Assembly: GCA_950097015.1 (NCBI GenBank)
Contig: CATNEN010000031.1
Location: 2,232,001 to 2,296,000, forward strand
Source: Macrostomum hystrix
Lineage: Eukaryota > Animalia > Platyhelminthes
Direction: 5' to 3'
DNA length: 64,000 nt
A program made the position numbers and the translations under genes. The stretch's first letter is position 1. Each line of letters starts with the position of its first letter. Below the pieces are notes generated by a model. It had not been told where the DNA came from, did not search any database, and saw only the letters and a program-made list of their open reading frames with translations. Shown here one piece after another: positions 49,101 through 64,000 of this stretch.

Positions 49101-52100
49101 TTTAAGGATTGAGTAGATGAGGGAGTCAAGCTTTAAGGATTGAGTAGATGAGGGAGACAAGCTTTAAGGATTGAGTAGATGAGGGAGACAAGCTTTAAGG
49201 ATTGAGTAGATGAGGGAGACAAGCTTTAAGGATTGAGTAGATGAGGGAGACAAGCTTTAAGGATTGAGTAGATGAGGGAGACAAGCTTTAAGGATTGAGT
49301 AGATGAGGGAGACAAGCTTTAAGGATTGAGTAGATGAGGGAGACAAGCTTTAAGGATTGAGTAGTTGAGGGAGACAAGCTTTAAGGATTGAGTAGATGAG
49401 GGAGACAAGCTTTAAGGATTGAGTAGATGAGGGAGACAAGCTTTAAGGATTGAGTAGATGAGGGAGACAAGCTTTAAGGATTGAGTAGATGAGGGAGACA
49501 AGCTTTAAGGATTGAGTAGTTGAGGGAGGCAAGCTTTAAGGATTGAGTAGATGAGGGAGACAAGCTGTAGGGATTGAGTAGATGAGGGAGACAAGCTTTA
49601 AGGATTGAGTAGATGAGGGAGACAAGCTTTAAGGATTGAGTAGTTGAGGGAGGCAAGCTTTAAGGATTGAGTAGTTGAGGGAGGCAAGCTTTAAGGATTG
49701 AGTAGATGAGGGAGACAAGCTTTAAGGATTGAGTAGATGAGGGAGACAAGCTTTAGGGATTGAGTAGTTGAGGGAGACAAGCTTTAAGGATTGAGTAGAT
49801 GAGGGAGACAAGCTTTAAGGATTGAGTAGATGAGGGAGACAAGCTTTTAGGATTGAGTAGTTGAGGGAGGCAAGCTTTAAGGATTGAGTAGTTGAGGGAG
49901 ATAAGCTTTAAGGATTGAGTAGATGAGGGAGGCAAGCTTTAAGGATTGAGTAGTTGAGGGAGATAAGCTTTAAGGATTGAGTAGATGAGGGAGACAAGCT
50001 TTAAGGATTGAGTAGTTGAGGGAGACAAGCTTTAAGGATTGAGTAGTTGAGGGAGATAAGCTTTAAGGATTGAGTAGTTGAGGGAGACAAGCTTTAAGGA
50101 TTGAGTAGATGAGGGAGACAAGCTTTAAGGATTGAGTAGTTGAGGGAGGCAAGCTTTAAGGATTGAGTAGTTGAGGGAGACAAGCTTTAAGGATTGAGTA
50201 GATGAGGGAGTCAAGCTTTAAGGATTGAGTAGTTGAGGGAGATAAGCTTTAAGGATTGAGTAGTTGAGGGAGACAAGCTTGAGAATTCGAGGGAGACTTT
50301 GAGACTGCGTAATGATTAGAGTGGGCGTTGGTCCTTGCAGATAAATGCAAAACTAAATTTGAGCTGACGCCAAGTGCGAACTGGGTCGAAGGCGCGACAG
50401 TCAATATCGTTGTTGATTCCTCTGCAAACAATGTTGTGCCTACAAGCCACACGTGTCACCTACGGACTACAAAAGGCGGAGTTGTCAGCCTGAGTGCTGT
50501 TGAGGTAAAGAAATAGGGAATATGAGGTATTGGATTTAACTGCACGGGGCTAGAGGAAAGTTGATACATCGCATAATGGAATCCAATTATTATCCTGCGG
50601 TCGAAAAAATTGTAACGTAATTTAGTGGAAAATTGTAGTGGAATACAGTTGAAAATTGTAGTGAAATCCAGTGAGAATTGTAGTGGAATCCAGTGAGAAT
50701 TGTAGTGGAATCCAGTGGAAAATTGTAGTGAAATCTAGTGAGAATTGTAGTGAAATCCAGTGGAAAATTGTAGTGAAATCCAGTGAGAATTGTAGTGAAA
50801 TCCAGTGAGAATTGTAGTGGAATCCAGTGGAAAATTGTAGTGAAATCCAGTGAGAATTGTAGTGGAATCCAGTGGAAAATTGTAGTGAAATCCTGTGAAA
50901 ATTGTAGTGAAATCCAGTGAGAATTGTAGTGAAATCCAGTGAGAATTGTAGTTGAATCCAGTGGATAATTGTAGTGGAGTCCAGTGAGAATTGTAGTGAA
51001 ATCCAGTGAGAATTGTAGTGGAATCCAGTGGAAAATTGTAGTGAAATCCAGTGAGAATTGTAGTGGAATCCAGTGGAAAATTGTAGTGAAATCCTGTGAA
51101 AATTGTAGTGAAATCCAGTGAGAATTGTAGTGAAATCCAGTGAGAATTGTAGTTGAATCCAGTGGATAATTGTAGTGGAGTCCAGTGAGAATTGTAGTGG
51201 AATCCAGTGAAAATTGTAGTGAAATCCAGTGAGAATTGTAGTGAAATCCAGTGAGAATTGTAGTGAAATCCAGTGAGAATTGTAGTGAAATCCAGTGAGA
51301 ATTGTAGTGGAATCCAGTGGAAAATTGTAGTGGAATCCAGTGAGAATTGTAGTGGAATCCAGTGGAAAATTATAGTGAAATCCAGTGAGAATTGTAGTGA
51401 AATCCAGTGAAAATTGTAGTGGAATCCAGTGGAAAATTGTAGTGAAATCCAGTGAGAATTGTAGTGAAATCCAGTGAGAATTGTAGTGGAATCCAGTGAG
51501 AATTGTAGTGAAATCCAGTGAGAATTGTAGTGAAATCCAGTGAGAATTGTAGTGAAATCCAGTGAAAATTGTAGTGGAATCCAGTGGAAAATTGTAGTGA
51601 AATCCAGTGAGAATTGTAGTGAAATCCAGTGAGAATTGTAGTGAAATCCAGTGGAAAATTGTAGTGAAATCCAGTGAGAATTGTAGTGGAATCCAGTGGA
51701 AAATTGTAGTGAAATCCAGTGAAAATTGTAGTGAAATCCAGTGAGAATTGTAGTGAAATCCAGTGAGAATTGTAGTTGAATCCAGTGGATAATTGTAGTG
51801 GAGTCCAGTGAGAATTGTAGTGGAATCCAGTGAAAATTGTAGTGGAATCCAGTGGAAAATTGTAGTGAAATCCAGTGAGAATTGTAGTGAAATCCAGTGA
51901 AAATTGTAGTGGAATCCAGTGGAAAATTGTAGTGAAATCCAGTGAGAATTGTAGTGAAATCCAGTGAGAATTGTAGTGAAATCCAGTGAGAATTGTAGTG
52001 AAATCCAGTGAAAATTGTAGTGGAATCCAGTGGAAAATTGTAGTGAAATCCAGTGAGAATTGTAGTGAAATCCAGTGAGAATTGTAGTGGAAATCCAGTG

Positions 52101-55100
52101 GAAAATTGTAGTGAAATCCAGTGAGAATTGTAGTGGAATCCAGTGGAAAATTGTAGTGAAATCCAGTGAAAATTGTAGTGAAATCCAGTGAGAAATTGTA
52201 GTGAAATCCAGTGAGAATTGTAGTTGAATCCAGTGGATAATTGTAGTGGAGTCCAGTGAGAATTGTAGTGGAATCAGTGAAAATTGTAGTGAAATCCAGT
52301 GAGAATTGTAGTGAAATCCAGTGAGAATTGTAGTGGAATCCAGTGAGAATTGTAGTGGAATCCAGTGAGAATTGTAGTGGAATCCAGTGGAAAATTGTAG
52401 TGAAATCTAGTGAGAATTGTAGTGAAATCCAGTGGAAAATTGTAGTGAAATCCAGTGAGAATTGTAGTGAAATCCAGTGAGAATTGTAGTGGAATCCAGT
52501 GGAAAATTGTAGTGAAATCCAGTGAGAATTGTAGTGGAATCCAGTGGAAAATTGTAGTGAAATCCTGTGAAAATTGTAGTGAAATCCAGTGAGAATTGTA
52601 GTGAAATCCAGTGAGAATTGTAGTTGAATCCAGTGGATAATTGTAGTGGAGTCCAGTGAGAATTGTAGTGAAATCCAGTGAGAATTGTAGTGGAATCCAG
52701 TGGAAAATTGTAGTGAAATCCAGTGAGAATTGTAGTGGAATCCAGTGGAAAATTGTAGTGAAATCCTGTGAAAATTGTAGTGAAATCCAGTGAGAATTGT
52801 AGTGAAATCCAGTGAGAATTGTAGTTGAATCCAGTGGATAATTGTAGTGGAGTCCAGTGAGAATTGTAGTGGAATCCAGTGAAAATTGTAGTGAAATCCA
52901 GTGAGAATTGTAGTGAAATCCAGTGAGAATTGTAGTGAAATCCAGTGAGAATTGTAGTGAAATCCAGTGAGAATTGTAGTGGAATCCAGTGGAAAATTGT
53001 AGTGGAATCCAGTGAGAATTGTAGTGGAATCCAGTGGAAAATTATAGTGAAATCCAGTGAGAATTGTAGTGAAATCCAGTGAAAATTGTAGTGGAATCCA
53101 GTGGAAAATTGTAGTGAAATCCAGTGAGAATTGTAGTGAAATCCAGTGAGAATTGTAGTGGAATCCAGTGAGAATTGTAGTGAAATCCAGTGAGAATTGT
53201 AGTGAAATCCAGTGAGAATTGTAGTGAAATCCAGTGAAAATTGTAGTGGAATCCAGTGGAAAATTGTAGTGAAATCCAGTGAGAATTGTAGTGAAATCCA
53301 GTGAGAATTGTAGTGAAATCCAGTGGAAAATTGTAGTGAAATCCAGTGAGAATTGTAGTGGAATCCAGTGGAAAATTGTAGTGAAATCCAGTGAAAATTG
53401 TAGTGAAATCCAGTGAGAATTGTAGTGAAATCCAGTGAGAATTGTAGTTGAATCCAGTGGATAATTGTAGTGGAGTCCAGTGAGAATTGTAGTGGAATCC
53501 AGTGAAAATTGTAGTGGAATCCAGTGGAAAATTGTAGTGAAATCCAGTGAGAATTGTAGTGAAATCCAGTGAAAATTGTAGTGGAATCCAGTGGAAAATT
53601 GTAGTGAAATCCAGTGAGAATTGTAGTGAAATCCAGTGAGAATTGTAGTGAAATCCAGTGAGAATTGTAGTGAAATCCAGTGAAAATTGTAGTGGAATCC
53701 AGTGGAAAATTGTAGTGAAATCCAGTGAGAATTGTAGTGAAATCCAGTGAGAATTGTAGTGGAATCCAGTGGAAAATTGTAGTGAAATCCAGTGAGAATT
53801 GTAGTGGAATCCAGTGGAAAATTGTAGTGAAATCCAGTGAAAATTGTAGTGAAATCCAGTGAGAATTGTAGTGAAATCCAGTGAGAATTGTAGTTGAATC
53901 CAGTGGATAATTGTAGTGGAGTCCAGTGAGAATTGTAGTGGAATCCAGTGAAAATTGTAGTGAAATCCAGTGAGAATTGTAGTGAAATCCAGTGAGAATT
54001 GTAGTGGAATCCAGTGAGAATTGTAGTGGAATCCAGTGGAAAATTGTAGTGAAATCCAGTGAGAATTGTAGTGGAATCCAGTGAGAATTGTAGTGGAATC
54101 CAGTGAGAATTGTAGTGGAATCCAGTGGAAACTTTTTATAAAATCCGGTAGAATTTGTAGTGTAATCCGGTAGACAATTGTAATGGAATCCGGTGGAATA
54201 TTGTAATGGAATCCGGTGGAATATTGTAATGGAATCCGGTGGAAAATTGTAAAGGAATCCGGTGGAAAATTGTAATGGAATCCGGTGGAAAATTGTAATG
54301 GAATCCGGTGGAAAATTGTAATGGAATCCAGTGGAAAATTGAAATGAAATAAGTGGATAATTGAAATGGAATCCGGTGGAAAATTATAATGAAGTAAGTG
54401 GATAATTGAAATGGAATCCGGTGGAAAATTATAATGAAATAAGTGGATAATTGAAATGGAATCCGGTGGAAACTTATAATGAAATAAGTGGATAATTGAA
54501 ATGGAATCGTCATTGAAATGGACGGTGATTTCCGCCTATTTCAGAACAGAGGCCAGACAAGCACCTTTAGGTTGACACTGAGCCGCCACTGGGGCCAGAG
54601 AGTGTCCATTGCCTGCCAAGTCAACCAGTCTGGCTTGCTTGTGGCCGAAGAAACTCACCTGCTGCCCGATGTCATGCGTGAGTTTTGGCTAGCGGAAACT
54701 GCAGCTACGCTCATATTTGATGTTTCTGATCATCATTTGCCAATCCTAACTAGGTTTGATTTCTTTCAGACAAAGCGGAGGCCCAGATTTCTAGTTGCTA
54801 TGCTGACCTTGACAGCATTAAGATCACTGTGGTGACAACCGGTGGCACACCGACACCTAAATCCGTCCTGTGTGCCATTGGCAAGGACAAAAAATCGGTA
54901 AGCTTATTTCTGATCACGTAGATATTTGAGGGGTTTTTTGAATCCATCAGGATTATTATAATTTTTGGTACTATCGGATTCACGGAGATTATCAGAATCG
55001 GTGGGATTAACTGAATCGGTGGGATTAGCAGAATCGGTGGGATTAGCTGAATCGGTGGGATTATCAGAATCAGTGGGATTAACTGAATCGGTGGGATTAA

Positions 55101-57728
55101 CTGAATCGGTGGGATTATCAGAATCGGTCCGATTAACTGAATCGGTGGGATTAGCAGAATCGGTGGGATTAGCTGAATCGGTGGGATTACCAGAATCAGT
55201 GGGATTTCCAGAATCAGTAGGATTGCCAGAATCAGTGGGATTGCTAGAATCAGTGGAATGGCAAAATCAGTGGGATTGCCAGAATCAGTGGGATTTCCAG
55301 AATCAGTAGGATTGCTAGAATCAGTGGGATTGCCAGAATCAGTGGGATTATCAGAATCAGTGGGATTGCTAGAATCAGTGGGATTGCCAGAATCAGTTGG
55401 ATTATCAGAATCAGTAGGATTATCAGAATCAGTTGGACTATCAGAATCAGTGGGATTACCAGAATCAGTGGGATTACCAGAATCAGTGGGATTACCAGAA
55501 TCAGTTGGATTATCAGAATCAGTGGGATTATCAGAATCAGTGGGATTATCAGAATCAGTGGGATTATCAGAATCAGTGGGATTGCCAGAATCAGTGGGAT
55601 TGCCAGAATCAGTGGGATTATCAGAATCTGTGGGATTGCCAGAATCAGTGGGATTGCCAGAATCAGTGGGATTACCAGAATCAGTGGGATTGCCAGAATC
55701 AGTGGGATTGCCAGAATCAGTGGGATTACCAGAATCAGTGGGATTTTCAGAATCAGTGGGATTGCCAGAATCAGTGGGATTACCAGAATCAGTGGGATTA
55801 CCAGAATCAGTGGGATTAGCTGAATCAGTGGGATTAACACACCTAGTGGGATGTTCAAAATGCTGGGAATTTTCCGCGCTAGACAGTGGAGAGTCGATAA
55901 GATAACTAGCCCAATAACCTATTTGAATGCTGCAAACTCAGGTGAACGCCAGCAGCTTCAGACTGAACTCAATCGGCTCAATGACTTGGGACTTCAGGCC
56001 GACTCATGCGCGGCTTATGCCCTCTGGCGGCAAGATTTATTGCACGGTGACGCAAATCGGCCAGACTGACAAGGCCAAAATTGCAACTGTCCACGATGCC
56101 ACCTTTAAGACTGTGCCACCGTGCGAAGGTGAAGTGTTATTTCAGACATTTTTTCTAGAGCAAAGGCAAGGTCAGCCATCAAAGGCGTAACTAGATGTGG
56201 ATTTATTAGTTTCAAACTTGCTATTCTCTATCACATTTAGTTCCTTGGTTAACTGAAATCTACGGTGAGTAGTAAGTTTGCAGCTTGGTGCAGCACTAAT
56301 AAGGGGTTGCAGCTAGGTGCAGCACTAACAAGGGGAGTTGCAGCTAGGTGCAGCACTAATAAGGGGTTGCAACTTGGTGCAGCACTAATAGGGGGGTTGC
56401 AGCTTGGTGCAGCACTAATAAGGGGGTTGCAGCTTGGTGCAGCACTAATAAGGGGGTTGCAGCTTGGTGCAGCACTAATAAGGGGAGTTGCAGCTTGGTG
56501 CAGCACTAATAAGGGGGTTGCAGCTTGGTGCAGCACTAATAAGGGGTTGCAACTTGGTGCAGTACTAATAGGGGGGTTGCAGCTTGGTGCAGCACTAATA
56601 AGGGGGTTGCAGCTTGGTGCAGCACTAATAAGGGAGTTGTAGCCTAGGGGTTAGTGTCGGACTCATAACTTAAGGGTCGGGGGTTCGATTCCTGACTCCA
56701 CAAAGACCAATCTCAGATGTTTTCATGACACTAAACTTTGCATTTCTTCAGATCATCCTGCTGTTAGATGGGTTAGCTGTTGTCTCCCAGTCCATGGACT
56801 GAACAGCAGTACGCAGCCTTCAGATGCGCCGCGCAATAGCTGCGGCTGTGCTGTCGGCTTCACATCTGACCCAATAGGGACAGTTATAAACTATTAATAT
56901 TTTTTATTAGCAAGTTTGTTCACTATATTGTGAAAGCGAAATCAGCGTTCACAGATGAATATGACATTAATTGTTAACAAAACTAGTAACAAAAAGAGCT
57001 TACAGAAAGTGCAACTACACTCACCCATTATACTCGTAGTATTTGCAGGGGCTGTAGGCTCTGGCTCGTCATTTTTTAACAGCCGACCCCAGCTACTCTG
57101 CCCATTCCGCTAAGATACTCGTAGGCACATGAGTACATCTGCCCTGACTTTCTCGAGCTCTCTACGACTGCTCCTTTGGGTTGTTACTGTGTGGATTCGA
57201 GCCCGCGTTAACCCGCTCCGCCACTGAATTCGCCTCGCAGATGGAATCAACCTCTGGAAGGTGGGCATCATAGTGATTGCGGCGGTATCGATCGGGCCGT
57301 TCCTAATCGCCTGGGTGTACTCCCTGGCGCGCCTCTCGCGCAAGGCTCTGCTCAAGCACCGCCGCGGCAGCTGGACTCCATCGCAGATCCACATGGCCAC
57401 CTACGAGCGTCAGGGCAGCGTTGATGAGGACGGCTTCTCCGAATGGGGCCAGCTTGGCCGCGGTGCTCAATCCAGCGGTTCCAACTTGGCCGCGTCCACC
57501 TGCAACACCTTGGTGGGGCCGGTAGATAGCGCCAGCCAAATGAACTGCTGCGGCAATGAGTTACAGCATCGGCTCGAGCCGCAGAAGGCTGTCTATACCA
57601 AAGTTGTCTCTGTTGAGCAGTGCAAGAATGAGGTGAGCAGATCTAGCGCCAGCTTGAACACGGAATACGTGGATATTGTCGGCTGTAGTTCCACTGCTCA
57701 AAAGGCCCTGCAGAACAACACTGCCTGA
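40174..57728 (+). CDS. Type I membrane receptor, ~815 aa: signal peptide, F-type-lectin/discoidin-like domain, divergent Ig-like domains, TM, ITIM-like/ITSM tail. Exons 40174-40279, 41087-41317, 41453-41667, 42733-42820, 44865-45061, 45187-45322, 46006-46214, 46289-46454, 50341-50504, 54545-54677, 54770-54897, 55942-56128, 57241-57728
   Basis: All 12 introns are GT-AG with matching phase, and the exons sum to 2448 nt (816 codons) with no internal stop. Hydrophobic leader WLLVLLLYLTSCAG; QWLLLKLAQPVRMVSVTIFAR (FTP-like); YRC, GLPKP, VQAENGLG, SIACQVNQ, GGTPTP, KIYCTVTQ (Ig-like); TM GIIVIAAVSIGPFLIAWVYSLA. The acceptor at 44864 (AAG) is the weakest junction. Confidence 0.75.
40410..40742 (-). 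mobile_element. SINE family A copy in receptor intron 1
   Basis: Reverse-complement match including head and tail. Confidence 0.85.
41670..42600. repeat. 20-bp minisatellite (TGTCCACTTGTTTGTCCCTG)n, receptor intron 3
   Basis: Begins 2 nt after the GT donor at 41668. Confidence 0.95.
42837..44783. repeat. 30/36-bp G-rich minisatellite (GATGCTGGACTGGGAGAATGGCAGGTTGGG)n, receptor intron 4
   Basis: Direct tandem repetition with two sub-domains of variant units. Confidence 0.95.
45425..45780. repeat. 39-bp minisatellite (GACCTTGAAAATCACTGGATGATTGAGTGAGATACTGGT)n, receptor intron 6
   Basis: About 9 copies. Confidence 0.9.
46497..50300. repeat. 31-bp minisatellite (GAGGGAGACAAGCTTTAAGGATTGAGTAGAT)n, 3.8 kb, receptor intron 8
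   Basis: Direct tandem repetition; the unit changes along the array (GAGACTGCAG-type at the left end). Confidence 0.97.
50620..54510. repeat. 22-23-bp minisatellite (GTGAAATCCAGTGAGAATTGTA)n with a 1672-bp higher-order duplication, receptor intron 9
   Basis: Rare variants AAATCTAGTG (50731, 52403) and AATTATAGTG (51368, 53040) recur 1672 bp apart. Confidence 0.95.
54985..55835. repeat. 18-bp minisatellite (GAATCAGTGGGATTACCA)n, receptor intron 11
   Basis: Direct tandem repetition. Confidence 0.95.
56275..56642. repeat. 30-31-bp minisatellite (GTTGCAGCTTGGTGCAGCACTAATAAGGGG)n, receptor intron 12
   Basis: About 12 copies. Confidence 0.93.
56637..56702 (+). pseudogene. tRNA-Met-like SINE head or tRNA pseudogene (related fragment at ~61885-61953)
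   Basis: GTAGCCTAGGGGTTAG...CTCATAA...GGTTCGATTCC gives an A box, a CAT anticodon-like loop and a B box, but no complete acceptor stem. Confidence 0.45.
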
Positions 57729-60046
57729 TGCGGCAGTTCTGGCTGATTTTTATTTTATCATGATCAAATTGATTGATTACATTAAATGCTAGGTATTTGT
57801 ACCGAAACTTGATTCTCGTAGTTACACGAGTAACTACATAGTTTGGAGTACATACCGACGATAGCAATGGTCAGACAATTGCTTTGGTTAATACTCTATT
57901 AGAGTGTCCAGGTATACATGCACATTTAGTTTTTCCGTGGCGACAATAACGTTCAAGTAGCTCATAACGCAGGTTTCTTATTGATTTTGATTTACGTAAT
58001 CGATCAAAGCAACATTATAGTGATAAACTTTTCGAATCCAGTCGCAAACAAATATAAATAAAACAGTAATGAGCAAGTGCAGTACAAGCGAAAAGCGTTT
58101 GTAACCGTTATATCCTTCAAAAGATGTTACTTTCTTGTGATTTTTTGAAAACACGGGCTTTTTCACCATTCGCTGCCTAAGTTTATTGTCAGAACAGTAG
58201 ACGCAACGAAACGAGGAAGTTAGGCCACTACTTGTGCTTCTGTGGAATCAGTCTGATAGGGTTAAGGCAAAACTTGCTAGATTATTTAGGGAGGCAAAAC
58301 ACAGACAAACGCCATGCCCCAGCGCCTAGCTACAAAAGCAAAACCGACGACAGGAGGCAAGCCAGCTTAGTTGCATGAGGAATAACAGAAATATAAAAAA
58401 GACACCAATCCGTATGGAAATTAATTGTTTCTGAAGACGCAGAAAAGCACGCCCATTGAAGTATGCCGGAGACAAAACACTACTGAGACAAAATCTGAAC
58501 AGCGATAACGCTCCGATTGACATTTTAAATTGAAGTAGAATTGTAAAGTAAAATAATTAACAAATATAGTGCCGCAGATGCAGCGGATAGATTCTGCATT
58601 AAAAAACAGAACTTTAATCTGAAAAAAAGGCTAAAATTAACTCTGACAAATGTTTTTGAGTGGTAATAAACCCACATGCTGTTTTTTTCGAATAACTTTT
58701 TGCTTGCCTCTGGCAACACCAGCATTTCATATGCTAAAAATAAATACAAAAAGACGCTTAAATAATAACTCCATTTAGGCGTATATGGGTTTGGAAAGCG
58801 CTAATCTATGCTTTTAGACAGCTCTAACACAGTTTAGTACAGCAATACTGCAGTGATTGGTGACAGCAACCAATCCAGTGTCTCGGTAAGAACAATCCAC
58901 AATTAATCTAGGCTTGCGGAATGCCTAGCAAGTCTGAATTACCCTATATCTGTTTTAGCGTAAGTTTTATGTGCGGTCTTTAACAGAGCACGGGAAATCT
59001 AATTTTCTACTGAGTAAATAATTAAAAATGGAAAAATACAAAAAGGCGAAAAGTGCCTGCAATCTCTAACCTAGGATAGAGAATATTGGGGATAGCACTT
59101 GCAAAAGACGTGGTCTTAAAGTCTATAGTTACCGAATATTACCCTAATCTGAAACGATTAATTAATAAAGAATAAATCTAACTTCATACTATTAGCGACT
59201 CACGCATTTGCAAGCGCCATAAAAGCTGAATAGTAAACTTATTATAAGAGACACACAGATAACGGAACAACGGAAATTAAACGGAAATACAATCGTTAAA
59301 GCCATCGGAACACTAGCCGGCATTTGGGGGGGTTACAATCAGCCTAGGATTGGCTCGCCTCAAAGTACCGACATTCAGATGGAGCAGTTGCAGAGAGCAG
59401 CTCCGGCACAAACCAGCTTTGAAAACTGAAAATGTAACCAACAGACCAGCTGGCTTTTTTTAAGTTCGAGCGAATCAGTAAAGAATATTTTTTTGGAGTT
59501 AATTAATGAAAACAACTGGCTCGGGGCTTTTTGTTAAGAACAAGAAAACACCAGGCGAATTTGTTTGTTTTGCAATTTTTTTGTTTTCAAGTCCACGCCG
59601 AGCTGAGACAGACAATACGGTCTCTATCAAATACCTTTAATTTTAATTGTTAGTTTTTTTTTTAATTTTTAACGTTTATTCAATTGACGAATTAAGACAA
59701 TTGATCGTTCGACCTTCATAGTTCTCTGCTCAGCGGGAACTCAAAGATTTTTAAGCATAGAAGACGCGTTAATGAGGGCACGACACGAATATGTGTGCGC
59801 AGAAATGACAGTTTATTAGCGATGCGAACTTATGAGGTTATAAACGAGGAGCTGTCAAACAGGTGGACGCAACCAAGGCAGTGGTGTGGTAATTTTTTTG
59901 TTAAAAAACGCAAACAATCTTTTAAACCAGGGTTTAGTGGGTCTTTTGGAACAAACACGCAGAAACTACTAGCCCTTCAAATGACGCTTGAAAAAAGAAG
60001 CATTGACCAAAATATGTGCCCGTAGCAATCGCAGCTTCATCTTTCA

Positions 60047-63671
<3,625 letters not shown>

Positions 63672-64000
63672 CTAAATAGGAAGTGTAAAAGAATGATGAG
63701 AGCATGTTAAATTTCATTGTCTAATATACTAAGCAGTATTAAGTCAAGTCTAAATAAGTTAAGATAGCATTACTCTCTCATGTGAAACCTGAATAAAAGC
63801 TATTTGTTGCAGTAATAAGTAAGTGACATTTTCTATAATCAATTTGTTATAAAAATACTTAAAGGGAAAATGTGCATTACTTTGTTGAGTACACAGTAAT
63901 AACTGAGGCAATGATATATAACACTAGAGATAAAAATAATTTCTGAAATGTAAACCATATTTTTAAAGGAACACACTTGCTAATTATCTAATGGCTACAA

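Noticed and set aside
54965-55905. ESVGLP and QNQWDY repeat ORFs
   Set aside because: 18-bp intronic array; all frames are open and variation is not biased to synonymous sites.
823-56642. CRISPR-like appearance of the 29-39-bp arrays
   Set aside because: The units are contiguous with no unique spacers, there are no cas genes, and the context is eukaryotic introns.
58266-58280. GGCAAAACTTGCTAG, identical to the Helitron 3' terminus
   Set aside because: There is no upstream hairpin or other Helitron sequence and it is followed by A rather than T; a chance match or an unprovable remnant.

Overview
Eukaryotic (metazoan invertebrate) genomic DNA with GT-AG spliced genes, GC-rich codons and introns inflated by private tandem repeats. 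The style suggests a free-living flatworm such as Macrostomum, but that is inference only. Genes reconstructed by hand from splice sites and reading phase: a partial Disabled (Dab)-family PTB adaptor (-), two rhodopsin-class GPCRs (-), SF3A3/Prp9 (-), an intronless C-type-lectin+PAN protein (-), cytoplasmic poly(A)-binding protein (-, first coding exon off-window), and a 13-exon, ~815-aa type I receptor (+, 40174-57728). The ORF track misses this receptor; it reads as signal peptide, F-type-lectin-like domain, several divergent Ig-like domains, TM helix, and a tail with an ITIM-like plus ITSM tyrosine pair. SF3A3 intron 1 holds a nested stack: a 29-bp minisatellite, broken by a 9.56-kb Chapaev (Transib/RAG1-related) DNA transposon with ~180-bp TIRs that begin with the exact RSS heptamer CACAGTG, which in turn carries a head-to-tail trimer of a 2.1-kb non-autonomous Helitron. 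Two PABP introns each carry two paralogous box H/ACA snoRNAs. Their pockets match LSU rRNA Psi2975 (yeast numbering; all four) and SSU rRNA Psi119 (human numbering; two copies). Also present: two tRNA-derived SINE families, an orphan ORF with 31 consecutive N-glycosylation heptads, and a dispersed palindrome-capped element. Most long ORFs in the supplied track are artefacts of intronic tandem repeats. No CRISPR array, rRNA or convincing intact tRNA gene was found. All homology calls come from recognising motifs by eye, not from database searches.
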